Positions 12,954 to 22,234 of a DNA stretch of 64,000 nt are shown here, one piece after another. A program made the position numbers and the translations under genes. The stretch is from a virus. Under the pieces are notes generated by a model. It saw nothing but the letters and a program-made list of their open reading frames with translations, did no database searches and was not told the origin of the DNA. How positions within the stretch are numbered: position 1 is the first letter of the stretch; each line of letters begins with the position of its first letter. The DNA is taken from positions 37,046-101,045 of IMG/VR virus record IMGVR_UViG_3300023184_007611; one strand, 5' to 3'.

Positions 12954-13319
12954 ATGTACACAGCAATAGTTTTAGACGAAGAATCTAAAAATAAACTTAA
13001 AGATAAATTTCATTCTTTTTTCAATGACGATTGGAAAATAATTTGCCATCACATGACTATCAACATGGGTAAAGCTTCTGAAGACATTAAAAACATGATA
13101 GGACAAAGGGTTAAATTAGAAGCAGTCACGCTTGCTTTTGACGATCAAGTAGTAGCTGTTGGAGTAATTACAGATGTCCCTTCAGATAATAAAGTAAAAC
13201 ATATTACTGTAGCAGTTAATTACAATAATGGTGGCAAACCATATCTTAGTAATAAATTAACAAATTGGGAGACAATACCAAATATTAAATTGTCTGGGAC
13301 AATTGAAGAAGTTGGTTAA
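12954..13319 (+). CDS. 2H phosphoesterase (cyclic phosphodiesterase-like)
   Basis: Two HxT motifs (HHMTI, KHITVA) and C-terminal SNKLTNW. Confidence 0.8.
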   Translation: MYTAIVLDEESKNKLKDKFHSFFNDDWKIICHHMTINMGKASEDIKNMIGQRVKLEAVTLAFDDQVVAVGVITDVPSDNKVKHITVAVNYNNGGKPYLSNKLTNWETIPNIKLSGTIEEVG

Positions 13320-13326
13320 ATAAACT

Positions 13327-14187
13327 ATGAGAAAAATAATTGTAATTTTTTTGTTTTTCATAATTGCTTCTACTTCTCAAGCTCAAAAATATAGAAGTAT
13401 TTTACCGCCAAGCCCTCCATTTCCTCCTCCGTTAAACAATACAGTTCAAGCCCAAATTGCCAATCAAAACATTAATTTTAATACTGGAAGTAGTTCTAGT
13501 GGTATTGGTGGTTTTGGCGGTGGATTCCAACAAAATATAGGCGGTATTCAAGGTACTGCTCAATACACACAAAATAATACTCCAGGCATGCAAATTTCGC
13601 AACTTTATCAAATTCCACTTTCTACAGGTGGTGGTGGATTTGGTCAAGGTGGTGGTGGATTCGGTCAAGGCGGTGGTGGATTCGGTCAAGGCGGTGGTGT
13701 CAATACAACTTTTGGTGGCGGATTTGGACAAGGTGGCGGATTTGGACAAGGTGGCGGATTTGGACAAAGCGGTGGTGGATTCGGTCAAGGTAGTGGTGTC
13801 AATACAACTTTTGGTGGCGGATTTGGACAAGGTGGCGGATTTGGACAAAGCGGTGGTGGATTCGGTCAAGGTAGTGGTGTCAATACAACTTTTGGTGGCG
13901 GATTTGGACAAGGTGGCGGATTTGGACAAAGCGGTGGAGTTCAAGCAATTGGTGTGAATAATCTTTTTTATTCTATGGCAATGCAAGGTATTATGTCTGG
14001 TGTTGGTGGTTCAGCATTTCAGAGTGGCGGTGGTGGCAATATGGGCGGTCAAAATATGCGTGGCGGTCAATTTGGTGGTGGTAACATGGGTGGTCAAAAT
14101 ATAGGTGTTTTTGGTGGTGGCAATATGGGTGGTGGTGGATTTGGTCAATTTGGAGGTGGATTTAACAATGGTGATAATGGTCTATAG
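13327..14187 (+). CDS. Secreted Gly/Phe/Gln-rich low-complexity protein
   Basis: Signal peptide MRKIIVIFLFFIIASTSQA; GGGFGQ repeats. Confidence 0.7.
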   Translation: MRKIIVIFLFFIIASTSQAQKYRSILPPSPPFPPPLNNTVQAQIANQNINFNTGSSSSGIGGFGGGFQQNIGGIQGTAQYTQNNTPGMQISQLYQIPLSTGGGGFGQGGGGFGQGGGGFGQGGGVNTTFGGGFGQGGGFGQGGGFGQSGGGFGQGSGVNTTFGGGFGQGGGFGQSGGGFGQGSGVNTTFGGGFGQGGGFGQSGGVQAIGVNNLFYSMAMQGIMSGVGGSAFQSGGGGNMGGQNMRGGQFGGGNMGGQNIGVFGGGNMGGGGFGQFGGGFNNGDNGL

Positions 14188-14214
14188 ACATATATTGCCA
14201 AGAAAGATATTTCA

Positions 14215-14493
14215 ATGAAATCATTTAATTCATGGATGCATAAAAAAGAAAAAAAATACAACTTTGATGATGTACTCAGATTGGCTAAATTAGCTAATGT
14301 AGATAAAAAAGAACTAAATAAATATGAAGAAAAACAATTAATTGATGGTATTAATTCAGAAAAAGAACATGCAATCGGTAAATTTAATGTAATTGGTAAA
14401 AACGAAGAAAAAATACTTAAAATTGCTTTAGCTCACCTTGAAGAAGATAAAGAATATTATTCTAAGCTTAAAAATTGCGTAGAAAAGAAATGA
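14215..14493 (+). CDS. DUF5661-like small phage protein with leader-like N-terminus (MKSFNSWM)
   Basis: GINSEKEH ... KIALAHLEEDKEYYSKL motif. Confidence 0.7.
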   Translation: MKSFNSWMHKKEKKYNFDDVLRLAKLANVDKKELNKYEEKQLIDGINSEKEHAIGKFNVIGKNEEKILKIALAHLEEDKEYYSKLKNCVEKK

Positions 14494-14505
14494 AATTTAA
14501 TAGAC

Positions 14506-14658
14506 ATGCAAGAAAACATAGACTTTTATTACGATGACAATGGATTAATGGTGCTTACTAAGGAATTTTTATTAAAAAGAGGAAAATGTTGTAAAAGTGG
14601 CTGTAAAAATTGTCCTTATGACTTACATGAAGAAAATATAAATTTAAACAAAAGTTAA
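14506..14658 (+). CDS. DUF5522-like small Cys protein (absent from ORF track)
   Basis: Translates MQENIDFYYDDNGLMVLTKEFLLKRGKCCKSGCKNCPY... Confidence 0.8.
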   Translation: MQENIDFYYDDNGLMVLTKEFLLKRGKCCKSGCKNCPYDLHEENINLNKS

Positions 14659-14703
14659 TAATTTATTTGCTCAATAATGAATAAATAAAGTATAATTCTT
14701 CAC

Positions 14704-15219
14704 ATGAGGTGTAATATGGCAACAAGATGGATTGCTCAAAAAAACAAATCATCATGTGGTCCAGTTGCTATATTAAATATATTGAAATGGCTAGAAGTAG
14801 AAATTAATTATAATAAAGATTATTGCAAATATAAAAGAAAATGTAAATGTACAAAAGAAGGAACACATCAGCCATATTTTGAAAAAAGCCTAAATAGTAT
14901 TGTTGGAATTGATGTAAAAAGCAAAAATTTGCCAACTATAAAAGAAATAGAAGATGCTTTAAATTCAAATTATATAATAATAATGAAATCAACATTTATG
15001 TTTGATTTTAAGAAAATAGAAGGACATTTTTTTATAATAAGTGAAATGACAGAAGAAAGTTTATTTTGCATAAATGACATTTATGGTCAACATACATGGT
15101 ACAACAAACATATATTTGCACAGTATTATTTACAATATCACAAAGGATATTGTGAGGAATGTGGTACTTCTAAATTATGCGGAATATCGCCATATGCTTG
15201 GTTTGTTAAAAAAAAATAG
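14704..15219 (+). CDS. C39-like cysteine peptidase
   Basis: QKNKSSCGPVAI (Q..CG) and GHFFII catalytic motifs. Confidence 0.7.
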   Translation: MRCNMATRWIAQKNKSSCGPVAILNILKWLEVEINYNKDYCKYKRKCKCTKEGTHQPYFEKSLNSIVGIDVKSKNLPTIKEIEDALNSNYIIIMKSTFMFDFKKIEGHFFIISEMTEESLFCINDIYGQHTWYNKHIFAQYYLQYHKGYCEECGTSKLCGISPYAWFVKKK

Positions 15220-15238
15220 TTTAATTTAAAGCATGGTT

Positions 15239-15796
15239 TTAAACCTCTTTTTTTTTAAATAATTCATAAAGCTGTTCATAGTTCAAGGAATGGCAAAAAT
15301 AATTCTTCAAGTGATATTCTATGTTTTTATTGTTAATATGAAACTGACCTTCACCTACACCACCTTTTTGTTGTTTATCACAATATGAAATACCACATCC
15401 TATATCATTTGATTTCATATTAAATATTAATATTTGATCTTCAAAAAATAACCCATAATAAATTCTATCAAACTCTGCTGGTTTAACATGATTCATACTG
15501 CAATCAAAATTGTTGTTTGCATGATCTTTGAAAGCAATTATTTTATTGCCATCAAAAGAATTCTCAATGCATTCTATAACATTATCTTCTTTCAATAATG
15601 TTTTCCACTTTTCTCTTACAATTGAAAACTTTATTTCTATTCGATGACTAGAATTGCTATCAAATAAATCATGGTAATTGTTAATTGGAGAAGAATAGCT
15701 AAATAGTTTATTGATCATAATTTGACATAAAGTGCCAAATCTTTTATGAGGTAATTGAAATATTCCTTTTTTAAAATCTTCTAAATTCATTTTCAA
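15239..15796 (-). CDS. Restriction-endonuclease-like PD-(D/E)xK nuclease
   Basis: HDL ... RIEIKFS pattern; C-terminal GEGQFHI. Confidence 0.5.
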   Translation of the reverse strand: MKMNLEDFKKGIFQLPHKRFGTLCQIMINKLFSYSSPINNYHDLFDSNSSHRIEIKFSIVREKWKTLLKEDNVIECIENSFDGNKIIAFKDHANNNFDCSMNHVKPAEFDRIYYGLFFEDQILIFNMKSNDIGCGISYCDKQQKGGVGEGQFHINNKNIEYHLKNYFCHSLNYEQLYELFKKKEV

Positions 15797-15870
15797 TTAT
15801 ATATTAAAAGTTATTTTTAAATTTTTAAAATTATGATATATATAAAATATATTAACAAAAGGAACATATT

Positions 15871-16551
15871 ATGAAAAGTTTTGAAATTTATTTAATTGAA
15901 CAAGATTTAATTCAAACCATCGGCATCTCAAGAAAACAATTGTATTGTGAAAGTTTATTAAAAGAAAATTTTCAAGTAAATGAATTTCTAAGTTTATTGC
16001 CATCTATGCTTGGTTTACTCGGATCAAGCAAACCTAAAGATGTTGAAAGTGAAGTAAAACAAAAAGATAAAAAATCATTTGTTATAGAATTTTTAAAAAG
16101 TGCTGTTAAAAAATTGGGATTGTTAGTTGTTATTGGTGCATTACTTTACTTAGGTGTAAAAACTGGAATAATAGCACAGTTATTAGGCTGGGCTGGGACT
16201 ATAATTAAAAATATAGTTATGTGGATACTTTCTTTTGCTGGGGATAAAATTAAAGCAATGCTAGAAAAAGCTTATGTAGAATTCAATGGTTTTGTAGTTG
16301 ATACTGCATCACAAATTAATGATAAAACTGGAGAAGCTGGAGAATATCTAAAAGATCTATTCAAAAAAGGCACTGGAACATTTGGAAATCCAGATGTTGG
16401 TAATGCTTGGAAGAATCCACAAGAAACAGATTTTCTAGGAAGAGGCAGAACTATTTTAACTCCAAAAGAAGATCCCAAGCCAATAGATTGGGATGGAATA
16501 AATGATTTCTTTAGAGATAAAAAATTAATTGATCCAGGTTTGTTAAAATAA
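15871..16551 (+). CDS. Leader-bearing protein with hydrophobic helices (N-terminal paralog of 21088)
   Basis: MKSFEIYLIE leader; KKLGLLVVIGALLYLGV hydrophobic segment. Confidence 0.65.
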   Translation: MKSFEIYLIEQDLIQTIGISRKQLYCESLLKENFQVNEFLSLLPSMLGLLGSSKPKDVESEVKQKDKKSFVIEFLKSAVKKLGLLVVIGALLYLGVKTGIIAQLLGWAGTIIKNIVMWILSFAGDKIKAMLEKAYVEFNGFVVDTASQINDKTGEAGEYLKDLFKKGTGTFGNPDVGNAWKNPQETDFLGRGRTILTPKEDPKPIDWDGINDFFRDKKLIDPGLLK

Positions 16552-16691
16552 TGAATTTAAAATCATTTGTATCTTCAAAAGGATTTAAGAAAATAATATT
16601 AATATTATTTTCTATGTTTGTGCTATATTTTACATTGAAGTTTTTATTAGCAGACTTAATAAATAATTGTAATTGTCTAGAGCATTAAATT

Positions 16692-17078
16692 ATGAAATTT
16701 AAACTTTGGTTTGAAGCTGTCAATCAAAATGTATATGATTTTATAAATTATTTTAATAGACTTGGAAATCCCAATCCTTTAAGCGATGAAGCACATTATA
16801 TAATAGACAATAGAACTTTAATAAAATACACATTAACTACATCTATAGAACCAAATACAGTTTACTTTGATTCTCTTATTGTAATACCACAGAAAACAGG
16901 TGCTGGTACTAATTTCATGAATAAGATAATACAAAAGGCAGATGAGTTAAAAGTTAATATTTCTTTACATGCAATACCATTGCCAACAAAAGATGAATTA
17001 AGTAAAGCAAATTTGTATAAATTCTACAGAAAATTTGGTTTCAAAGGAACTGAATATATGACTAGAAAACACAATTAA
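16692..17078 (+). CDS. GNAT acetyltransferase with MKFKLWFE leader
   Basis: QKTGAGTNFM (acetyl-CoA motif A) and LYKFYRKFGF. Confidence 0.75.
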   Translation: MKFKLWFEAVNQNVYDFINYFNRLGNPNPLSDEAHYIIDNRTLIKYTLTTSIEPNTVYFDSLIVIPQKTGAGTNFMNKIIQKADELKVNISLHAIPLPTKDELSKANLYKFYRKFGFKGTEYMTRKHN

Positions 17079-17383
17079 ATTTTATCATTTTGCTCATCTG
17101 TATCTAAAAAATAAAACATTATAAATGTAAGACCGTAAACTCCTGAAATATACGAAAAAATATAAGAGTTAAAAATTAATATTTCTAATGCACTTATAAT
17201 ATTAACAAAAGGAAAAGTAACGAATAAAAACAATGATATAAAATGAAGAATTTTATCATATATTTTTAAATTTAATAATTCATGTTTGGATGTTAATATC
17301 CCAATCATGAATTTAAATGAATATATTCCAAGTAAAAAACTAGAAGCAGCAATGATGTAGTTCATAAAAATAATTCCTTTCAA
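17075..17383 (-). CDS. Small membrane protein
   Basis: Three hydrophobic segments. Confidence 0.55.
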   Translation of the reverse strand: MKGIIFMNYIIAASSFLLGIYSFKFMIGILTSKHELLNLKIYDKILHFISLFLFVTFPFVNIISALEILIFNSYIFSYISGVYGLTFIMFYFLDTDEQNDKI

Positions 17384-17405
17384 TTTTTACTATTCTCATA
17401 TACTA

Positions 17406-17855
17406 ATGAAAATAATTATGTTGTGCAACAACAATTTTAAAAATAAATTTAAAATGATAGATATTATTATGAGTTATTCACCTACTAATAATCAATCTTG
17501 GCTAGACCCTTCTGGAAATTTTCATCCTATTGATAGGAAAGATTCTGGAGATGGTTTTTTAACGCACGAACAATGGGCTAAAAATAAGGGATATAAATTA
17601 AAAGGATTATATAAAAAGGGATGGCTTAGAATTAAAAAATATGGTGATACATTGTGGGCGAGTAACGCTGAGAAAGTACCACCTAATTACAAACAAGAAA
17701 GAGAATTACAGAACTGGGCTAGTGAAAATCCAGTTTTTAAAAAAATTTCTTTTGATAATGGAGAAAAAGAAATAATTATTTGGTCTAGATTATCAGAATA
17801 TTACGAAGTAAATTTCAAAGAATGGTTTGATTCTAAAGAAAAAATAATTAATTAA
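17406..17855 (+). CDS. Hypothetical protein (WLDPSG..H..GWLR family); true start probably MSYSP at 17469
   Basis: TAGATA box 5 nt before ATG 17469; C-terminal NFKEWF motif. Confidence 0.6.
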   Translation: MKIIMLCNNNFKNKFKMIDIIMSYSPTNNQSWLDPSGNFHPIDRKDSGDGFLTHEQWAKNKGYKLKGLYKKGWLRIKKYGDTLWASNAEKVPPNYKQERELQNWASENPVFKKISFDNGEKEIIIWSRLSEYYEVNFKEWFDSKEKIIN

Positions 17856-20200
17856 ATCTTATAATCCCTTGCTTCTCTTGTAGAATCTCCTCTGTATGCT
17901 TTATCAATCTGTTCTGGAGATGCTTGTTGCTGTTGCTGTTGTTCTGGGAATATAGATTTATAACCTTCTTCTCCAACTTTATCTTTTATTAAATCTCTTG
18001 TAGTTCTTGGTATCTTTTCGTTTCCAATTGTATCTACAATAAATTTGATAGTTGAAATTGCATCATTATCTATTTTTTCAAAAGACCACTTTAATATTTT
18101 TGCAAATAAATTTATACTAGTATTTTCATGATTTTGACTTATATCAGAATGATGAGTATCTTTTTCATAACGATCAATATCTCTGGCATCGTCTAATTTT
18201 GAAGCAAAATTCTGAAAGAATCTTCTGAACATAACAATGTATTTAGAACTACCACCAAGATAGCCTCTCATCTTTTGAATTAGATCTGGTATGCTATTAA
18301 TTGGCATTTTATTTGAATAGCTGCTTAAAACATGCAATAAATTTATAATTTTAACTTTGTCATCGTGAAATTGATAAAATTTGCTCTTCATACTATCATG
18401 GTTACTTAATATATCATCTATTAAAACTTGACATTTTGAACTTGATCTTAAAAAATCAGTCAAAAATTTAACATTGTTTTTGTTTTTCTGTTTTAAAATT
18501 TCAGATATAAAATCAGAATTTTTACAAGTAATTAAATTTTTTATTTCATCCGTAAATTCTAAGCTTGGATTTTCTTCATATTTTCTAAAAAAACTATAAG
18601 AAGTTGATATGACATCTTTAAAATAACCTTTAAATAATGTTTTGAATTCTGCTTTCTTATCTTCTGGAAGATTAAGATAATCATCTAACTTTATATAATT
18701 ATATTTATCGTGATTACTATTATTTGGTGATATAAATCTAGTACCATCACCTTTAAACAAGGTTTTAATTTCTGTTTTTTTATCTTCTGGGAAATTTAAA
18801 TAATCTTCAAGTTTTATTGAATTGCTTAACATTAAATTTGAAACATCATTTTTAAACAAGGTTTTAATTTCTGTTTTTTTATCTTCTGGAAGATTTAAAT
18901 AATCTTCAATTTTCATATTGCCATGTGATATATAATCTTTAATTTTATCGCCATATTTTTCTGCCAACTCTTGTTTGTATTTTGGTGGCATGGCTAAATA
19001 TTCTTGTGCTCCTAGCTGTTTATTTGGTAGGCCATTCATTCTTGCGTTAAGATAATTTAATTTTAAATCTTTAAAATAAGGATTGTTAAGAACAAGGTTC
19101 AATTGCTTACCATGCAAAATTATACCAAGTGATACATGTATTTTTAAAAGTGGCTCAGATCTAGTTGTAACTAGAAAATTGAATTGTTCATCTGAAAGGG
19201 CGTGTCCTCTACTAAGATAATTCTTTCTTTCTTCATATGTTAAAGATTTGAACCATTCTAAGTCAAGATTGCTGTTACCTAATTTTTCATGTTCTGATTC
19301 TTCTTTTGGTGTTTTTGGTTCATTTTTAAAGACAGTGGTATCAACGCCTTTTTCTTTTAAATATTTAAAATATAAATCTGGGTCTGATGTTATTCTTTTT
19401 GGTGTAGTTTCATATGGATCTTGCATGAAACCATTTGTTTGATTTTGTCCATCAGTAATTTCAATACCGTTTCTCGTAGCATCAACTACAACGACTTTAA
19501 GATCATCCCCAAGATTTCTTGTATTATCATAAACAAAGTAGAAAGTTGAATCTTTGGTATTCCTGTAACCATGAAATTGTGAATTGCCAGGTTGAGATAT
19601 GCAAAACCTTTGGCCTCTACCAAGAATAATACACTTGTCAACTGCGTTAGCTTTATAAACCTTTATCTTTTCATCTGGTGATTTTGCAATTAATTCTTGA
19701 TCGCTTACATCCCCTGTGGTTTTTTGTAAGGTTTGGTGGAATTTCTTTTTTTCTTCATCTTCATTTTCGCTATTTTTAGAATGTACAGCAGATGCCCAAT
19801 CAATATAATTTGAATATGGATTTCCTGTATCTTTGGGTTTCCCTATAATATAGTTCCCAGTTACAACTCCATTATCATCAAATGATAAAATAGGAAGTTG
19901 GTTTGCTATTACAAATTTATAATAGTCTTTTAAATCTTGAGAGAATTCTCCTTCGCCAACTGATGGGTTTGTTTTGTACACATAAGCTGCTGTTGGATAA
20001 ATGTTTTTTTGTTGTGCTTCAGGAATGCCAGAAGCGGTAAATATCTTATTGAATTCATTTGTTGTTTTTATAATATTAGGATCAGTACTAAGAACAGGCT
20101 TGCCAGCATTATCAACTGTATTACCAAGTATTTTAAAAGCCAAAGCCTTTGGTTTTAATTCTTCTAATATTAATAGCCATTCTTGAAAATTAAAGTTCAT
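17852..20200 (-). CDS. Leader-bearing protein with GxGxxFCIS domain and helical repeats (paralog of 36187)
   Basis: MNFNFQEWLLILE; CIILGRGQRFCIS..TFYFVYD; DYLNLPEDKK repeats. Confidence 0.7.
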   Translation of the reverse strand: MNFNFQEWLLILEELKPKALAFKILGNTVDNAGKPVLSTDPNIIKTTNEFNKIFTASGIPEAQQKNIYPTAAYVYKTNPSVGEGEFSQDLKDYYKFVIANQLPILSFDDNGVVTGNYIIGKPKDTGNPYSNYIDWASAVHSKNSENEDEEKKKFHQTLQKTTGDVSDQELIAKSPDEKIKVYKANAVDKCIILGRGQRFCISQPGNSQFHGYRNTKDSTFYFVYDNTRNLGDDLKVVVVDATRNGIEITDGQNQTNGFMQDPYETTPKRITSDPDLYFKYLKEKGVDTTVFKNEPKTPKEESEHEKLGNSNLDLEWFKSLTYEERKNYLSRGHALSDEQFNFLVTTRSEPLLKIHVSLGIILHGKQLNLVLNNPYFKDLKLNYLNARMNGLPNKQLGAQEYLAMPPKYKQELAEKYGDKIKDYISHGNMKIEDYLNLPEDKKTEIKTLFKNDVSNLMLSNSIKLEDYLNFPEDKKTEIKTLFKGDGTRFISPNNSNHDKYNYIKLDDYLNLPEDKKAEFKTLFKGYFKDVISTSYSFFRKYEENPSLEFTDEIKNLITCKNSDFISEILKQKNKNNVKFLTDFLRSSSKCQVLIDDILSNHDSMKSKFYQFHDDKVKIINLLHVLSSYSNKMPINSIPDLIQKMRGYLGGSSKYIVMFRRFFQNFASKLDDARDIDRYEKDTHHSDISQNHENTSINLFAKILKWSFEKIDNDAISTIKFIVDTIGNEKIPRTTRDLIKDKVGEEGYKSIFPEQQQQQQASPEQIDKAYRGDSTREARDYKI

Positions 20201-20904
20201 AAATTATATAGTGTTTTATAATAAAATGTATCTTCAAAAACAGGCAAATTAATATATTCGATTGCGGTTTTATAAAATTTATTATAAATTTCCATGTATA
20301 GAATAAATCTATCTTTTAAAGATTTCAAATGCCACTTATAATATTCATTATTTAAATAAATTAATTCTACTTGGTCAAGGCAGTAATTTAAATTTTTATT
20401 GTTTGTTAATATTATTAATTTAAACCAATTGTTAGTTTTTTCTTTTATTAAATTAATCATTTCTAATACTTTTATATCAACATTAGTGAATGTAATGAAT
20501 ATAATTTTGTTTTTTAATTCCAAACATTCTTTAAAATTTTTTATTTTAGTGTTGAAGCTATCAACTATAAATTCATAATTTATAATTTTATAGTCTTGCA
20601 AAGCATAGTCATGGTTAAATTTAAAATTATACTTTTTATTAACTAAATTTTCTTCGTCAGGCAAATAATTATATTCTTTTAGATAACTATGAAATTCAAT
20701 TATTTTAATGCCATTGAAAAATAAATTTGATTTACTGTATATTTCTTCATAGTTTGATTCTTTTAAATATTCTAGTATATCATTAAAATTAAAAACCCCA
20801 AGTTGAAATAATTGCTTGTCTTTAATATTAAGAATATCATTGATTATGATGCCAGATGCACAATCATTTCCAAAATGAACTAATCTTGTTTTTTTATCAA
20901 TCAT
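20197..20904 (-). CDS. Putative papain-like peptidase (DUF1796-like)
   Basis: N-terminal FGNDC and internal FNHDY motifs. Confidence 0.45.
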   Translation of the reverse strand: MIDKKTRLVHFGNDCASGIIINDILNIKDKQLFQLGVFNFNDILEYLKESNYEEIYSKSNLFFNGIKIIEFHSYLKEYNYLPDEENLVNKKYNFKFNHDYALQDYKIINYEFIVDSFNTKIKNFKECLELKNKIIFITFTNVDIKVLEMINLIKEKTNNWFKLIILTNNKNLNYCLDQVELIYLNNEYYKWHLKSLKDRFILYMEIYNKFYKTAIEYINLPVFEDTFYYKTLYNL

Positions 20905-20921
20905 AATAAATATATATAATT

Positions 20922-21101
20922 ATGGAAGAAATGATTGATTGTTATGAGTGTTCATTTTGTAAATTAAAATTCAATTGTAATAGTTATTGGAAAGGCCAAG
21001 GAAATCCAAATAAATGCCCTGAATGTAACTGTGAACAATTAATTTATAAATATTGTGCAATAATATATTTAAATTCTAGGACTCCTAATGAAAACATTTG
21101 A
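20922..21101 (+). CDS. Small zinc-ribbon protein (absent from ORF track)
   Basis: MEEMIDCYECSFC ... KCPECNC, 59 aa, TATATA box before ATG. Confidence 0.6.
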   Translation: MEEMIDCYECSFCKLKFNCNSYWKGQGNPNKCPECNCEQLIYKYCAIIYLNSRTPNENI

Positions 21102-21555
21102 AATTTACATGATTGAAGAAGATTTTTTAAGAACATATAATTTAAAAAGAAATGAACTTTTTTTAGAAATTTTTGGGTTTTTTGATATAGCACCATCACA
21201 AGGACCAGCATATTCAAGAGAATTCGCAAGCAGGAAAAATACAAACCCAAGGAAGGTATTCATTTCTGATGATGATACCTTGTTTGATAAATTTATTCAA
21301 AGTGCAATGAAAAAAATAGGAACACTTGCGGTTGCTGGTGCTTTGCTTTTTCTTAAGTTTTCATATAAATCAATTTATCACATTCTTAGATTTGCTGGAA
21401 AAATATTGATAAAAATATTAAAATATTTAGGTGCAATAAGTGCAAATGTATTAAACAATTTATATATTTCACTTAAAGATTATCTTAAAAAAAGCAACGA
21501 TTTTACAGTTGAAGAAAAACAAAAAATAGAAGAAAAATTAAATAAAAATAAATAA
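21088..21555 (+). CDS. Leader-bearing protein with hydrophobic helix (N-terminal paralog of 15871)
   Basis: MKTFEIYMIE leader; KKIGTLAVAGALLFL. Confidence 0.65.
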   Translation: MKTFEIYMIEEDFLRTYNLKRNELFLEIFGFFDIAPSQGPAYSREFASRKNTNPRKVFISDDDTLFDKFIQSAMKKIGTLAVAGALLFLKFSYKSIYHILRFAGKILIKILKYLGAISANVLNNLYISLKDYLKKSNDFTVEEKQKIEEKLNKNK

Positions 21556-21571
21556 CTTAAAAGATATTAAT

Positions 21572-22228
21572 ATGACTCAATGTAGACCTGATGAAATTCA
21601 AGAAGATTCTTTGTATTTTGACATAGGAGCAAATGTAGGCAATTGGTCTTTGGCAAACATTGAAAGATGTGAAAAAATAATTGCTGTAGAACCATCAATA
21701 AAAAATTACGAAATATTGAGTAAAAAATGCGAAAATACAAATATTACATGTTTAAACTATGCAGTAAGCAATGAAGATAAAAAAGAAGTTGATTTTTATG
21801 AATGCAAAAGCGATTATTGTCTATCAACAATAAATAAAGATTGGCTGTGCTCTGAAAATTCTAGATTCTACGGCAAAGAATACACTAAGATAACTTGCCA
21901 AACAATAAGCTTAGACAAACTAATAGAACAATATGGAGTGCCAGACTTAATTAAAATAGATGTAGAAGGGGCAGAGCATTTGGTGATTTCATCTTTAACA
22001 CAAAAAGTAAAAACCTTGTGTTTTGAATGGGCACAAGAATTTTATTTTGTAACAAAACATAGCATTAATCATTTAACAAAAATTGGATTCACTAAATTTC
22101 ATGTTCAATTTTACGACAATTATATTTATATACCAAAAGAAGAAGAATACACAGAAGATTTAAAAATTATAGAAGAGAAACTAAACAAAGAAACAAATAA
22201 TAATTGGGGCATGGTTTGGGCTATGTAA
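21572..22228 (+). CDS. FkbM-family SAM methyltransferase
   Basis: FDIGANVG, AVEP, IKIDVEGAE. Confidence 0.9.
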   Translation: MTQCRPDEIQEDSLYFDIGANVGNWSLANIERCEKIIAVEPSIKNYEILSKKCENTNITCLNYAVSNEDKKEVDFYECKSDYCLSTINKDWLCSENSRFYGKEYTKITCQTISLDKLIEQYGVPDLIKIDVEGAEHLVISSLTQKVKTLCFEWAQEFYFVTKHSINHLTKIGFTKFHVQFYDNYIYIPKEEEYTEDLKIIEEKLNKETNNNWGMVWAM

Positions 22229-22234
22229 ATTTAA

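Noticed and set aside
13432-13986. Overlapping ORFs in the Gly-rich gene
   Set aside because: Shadows of the GGFGQ repeats
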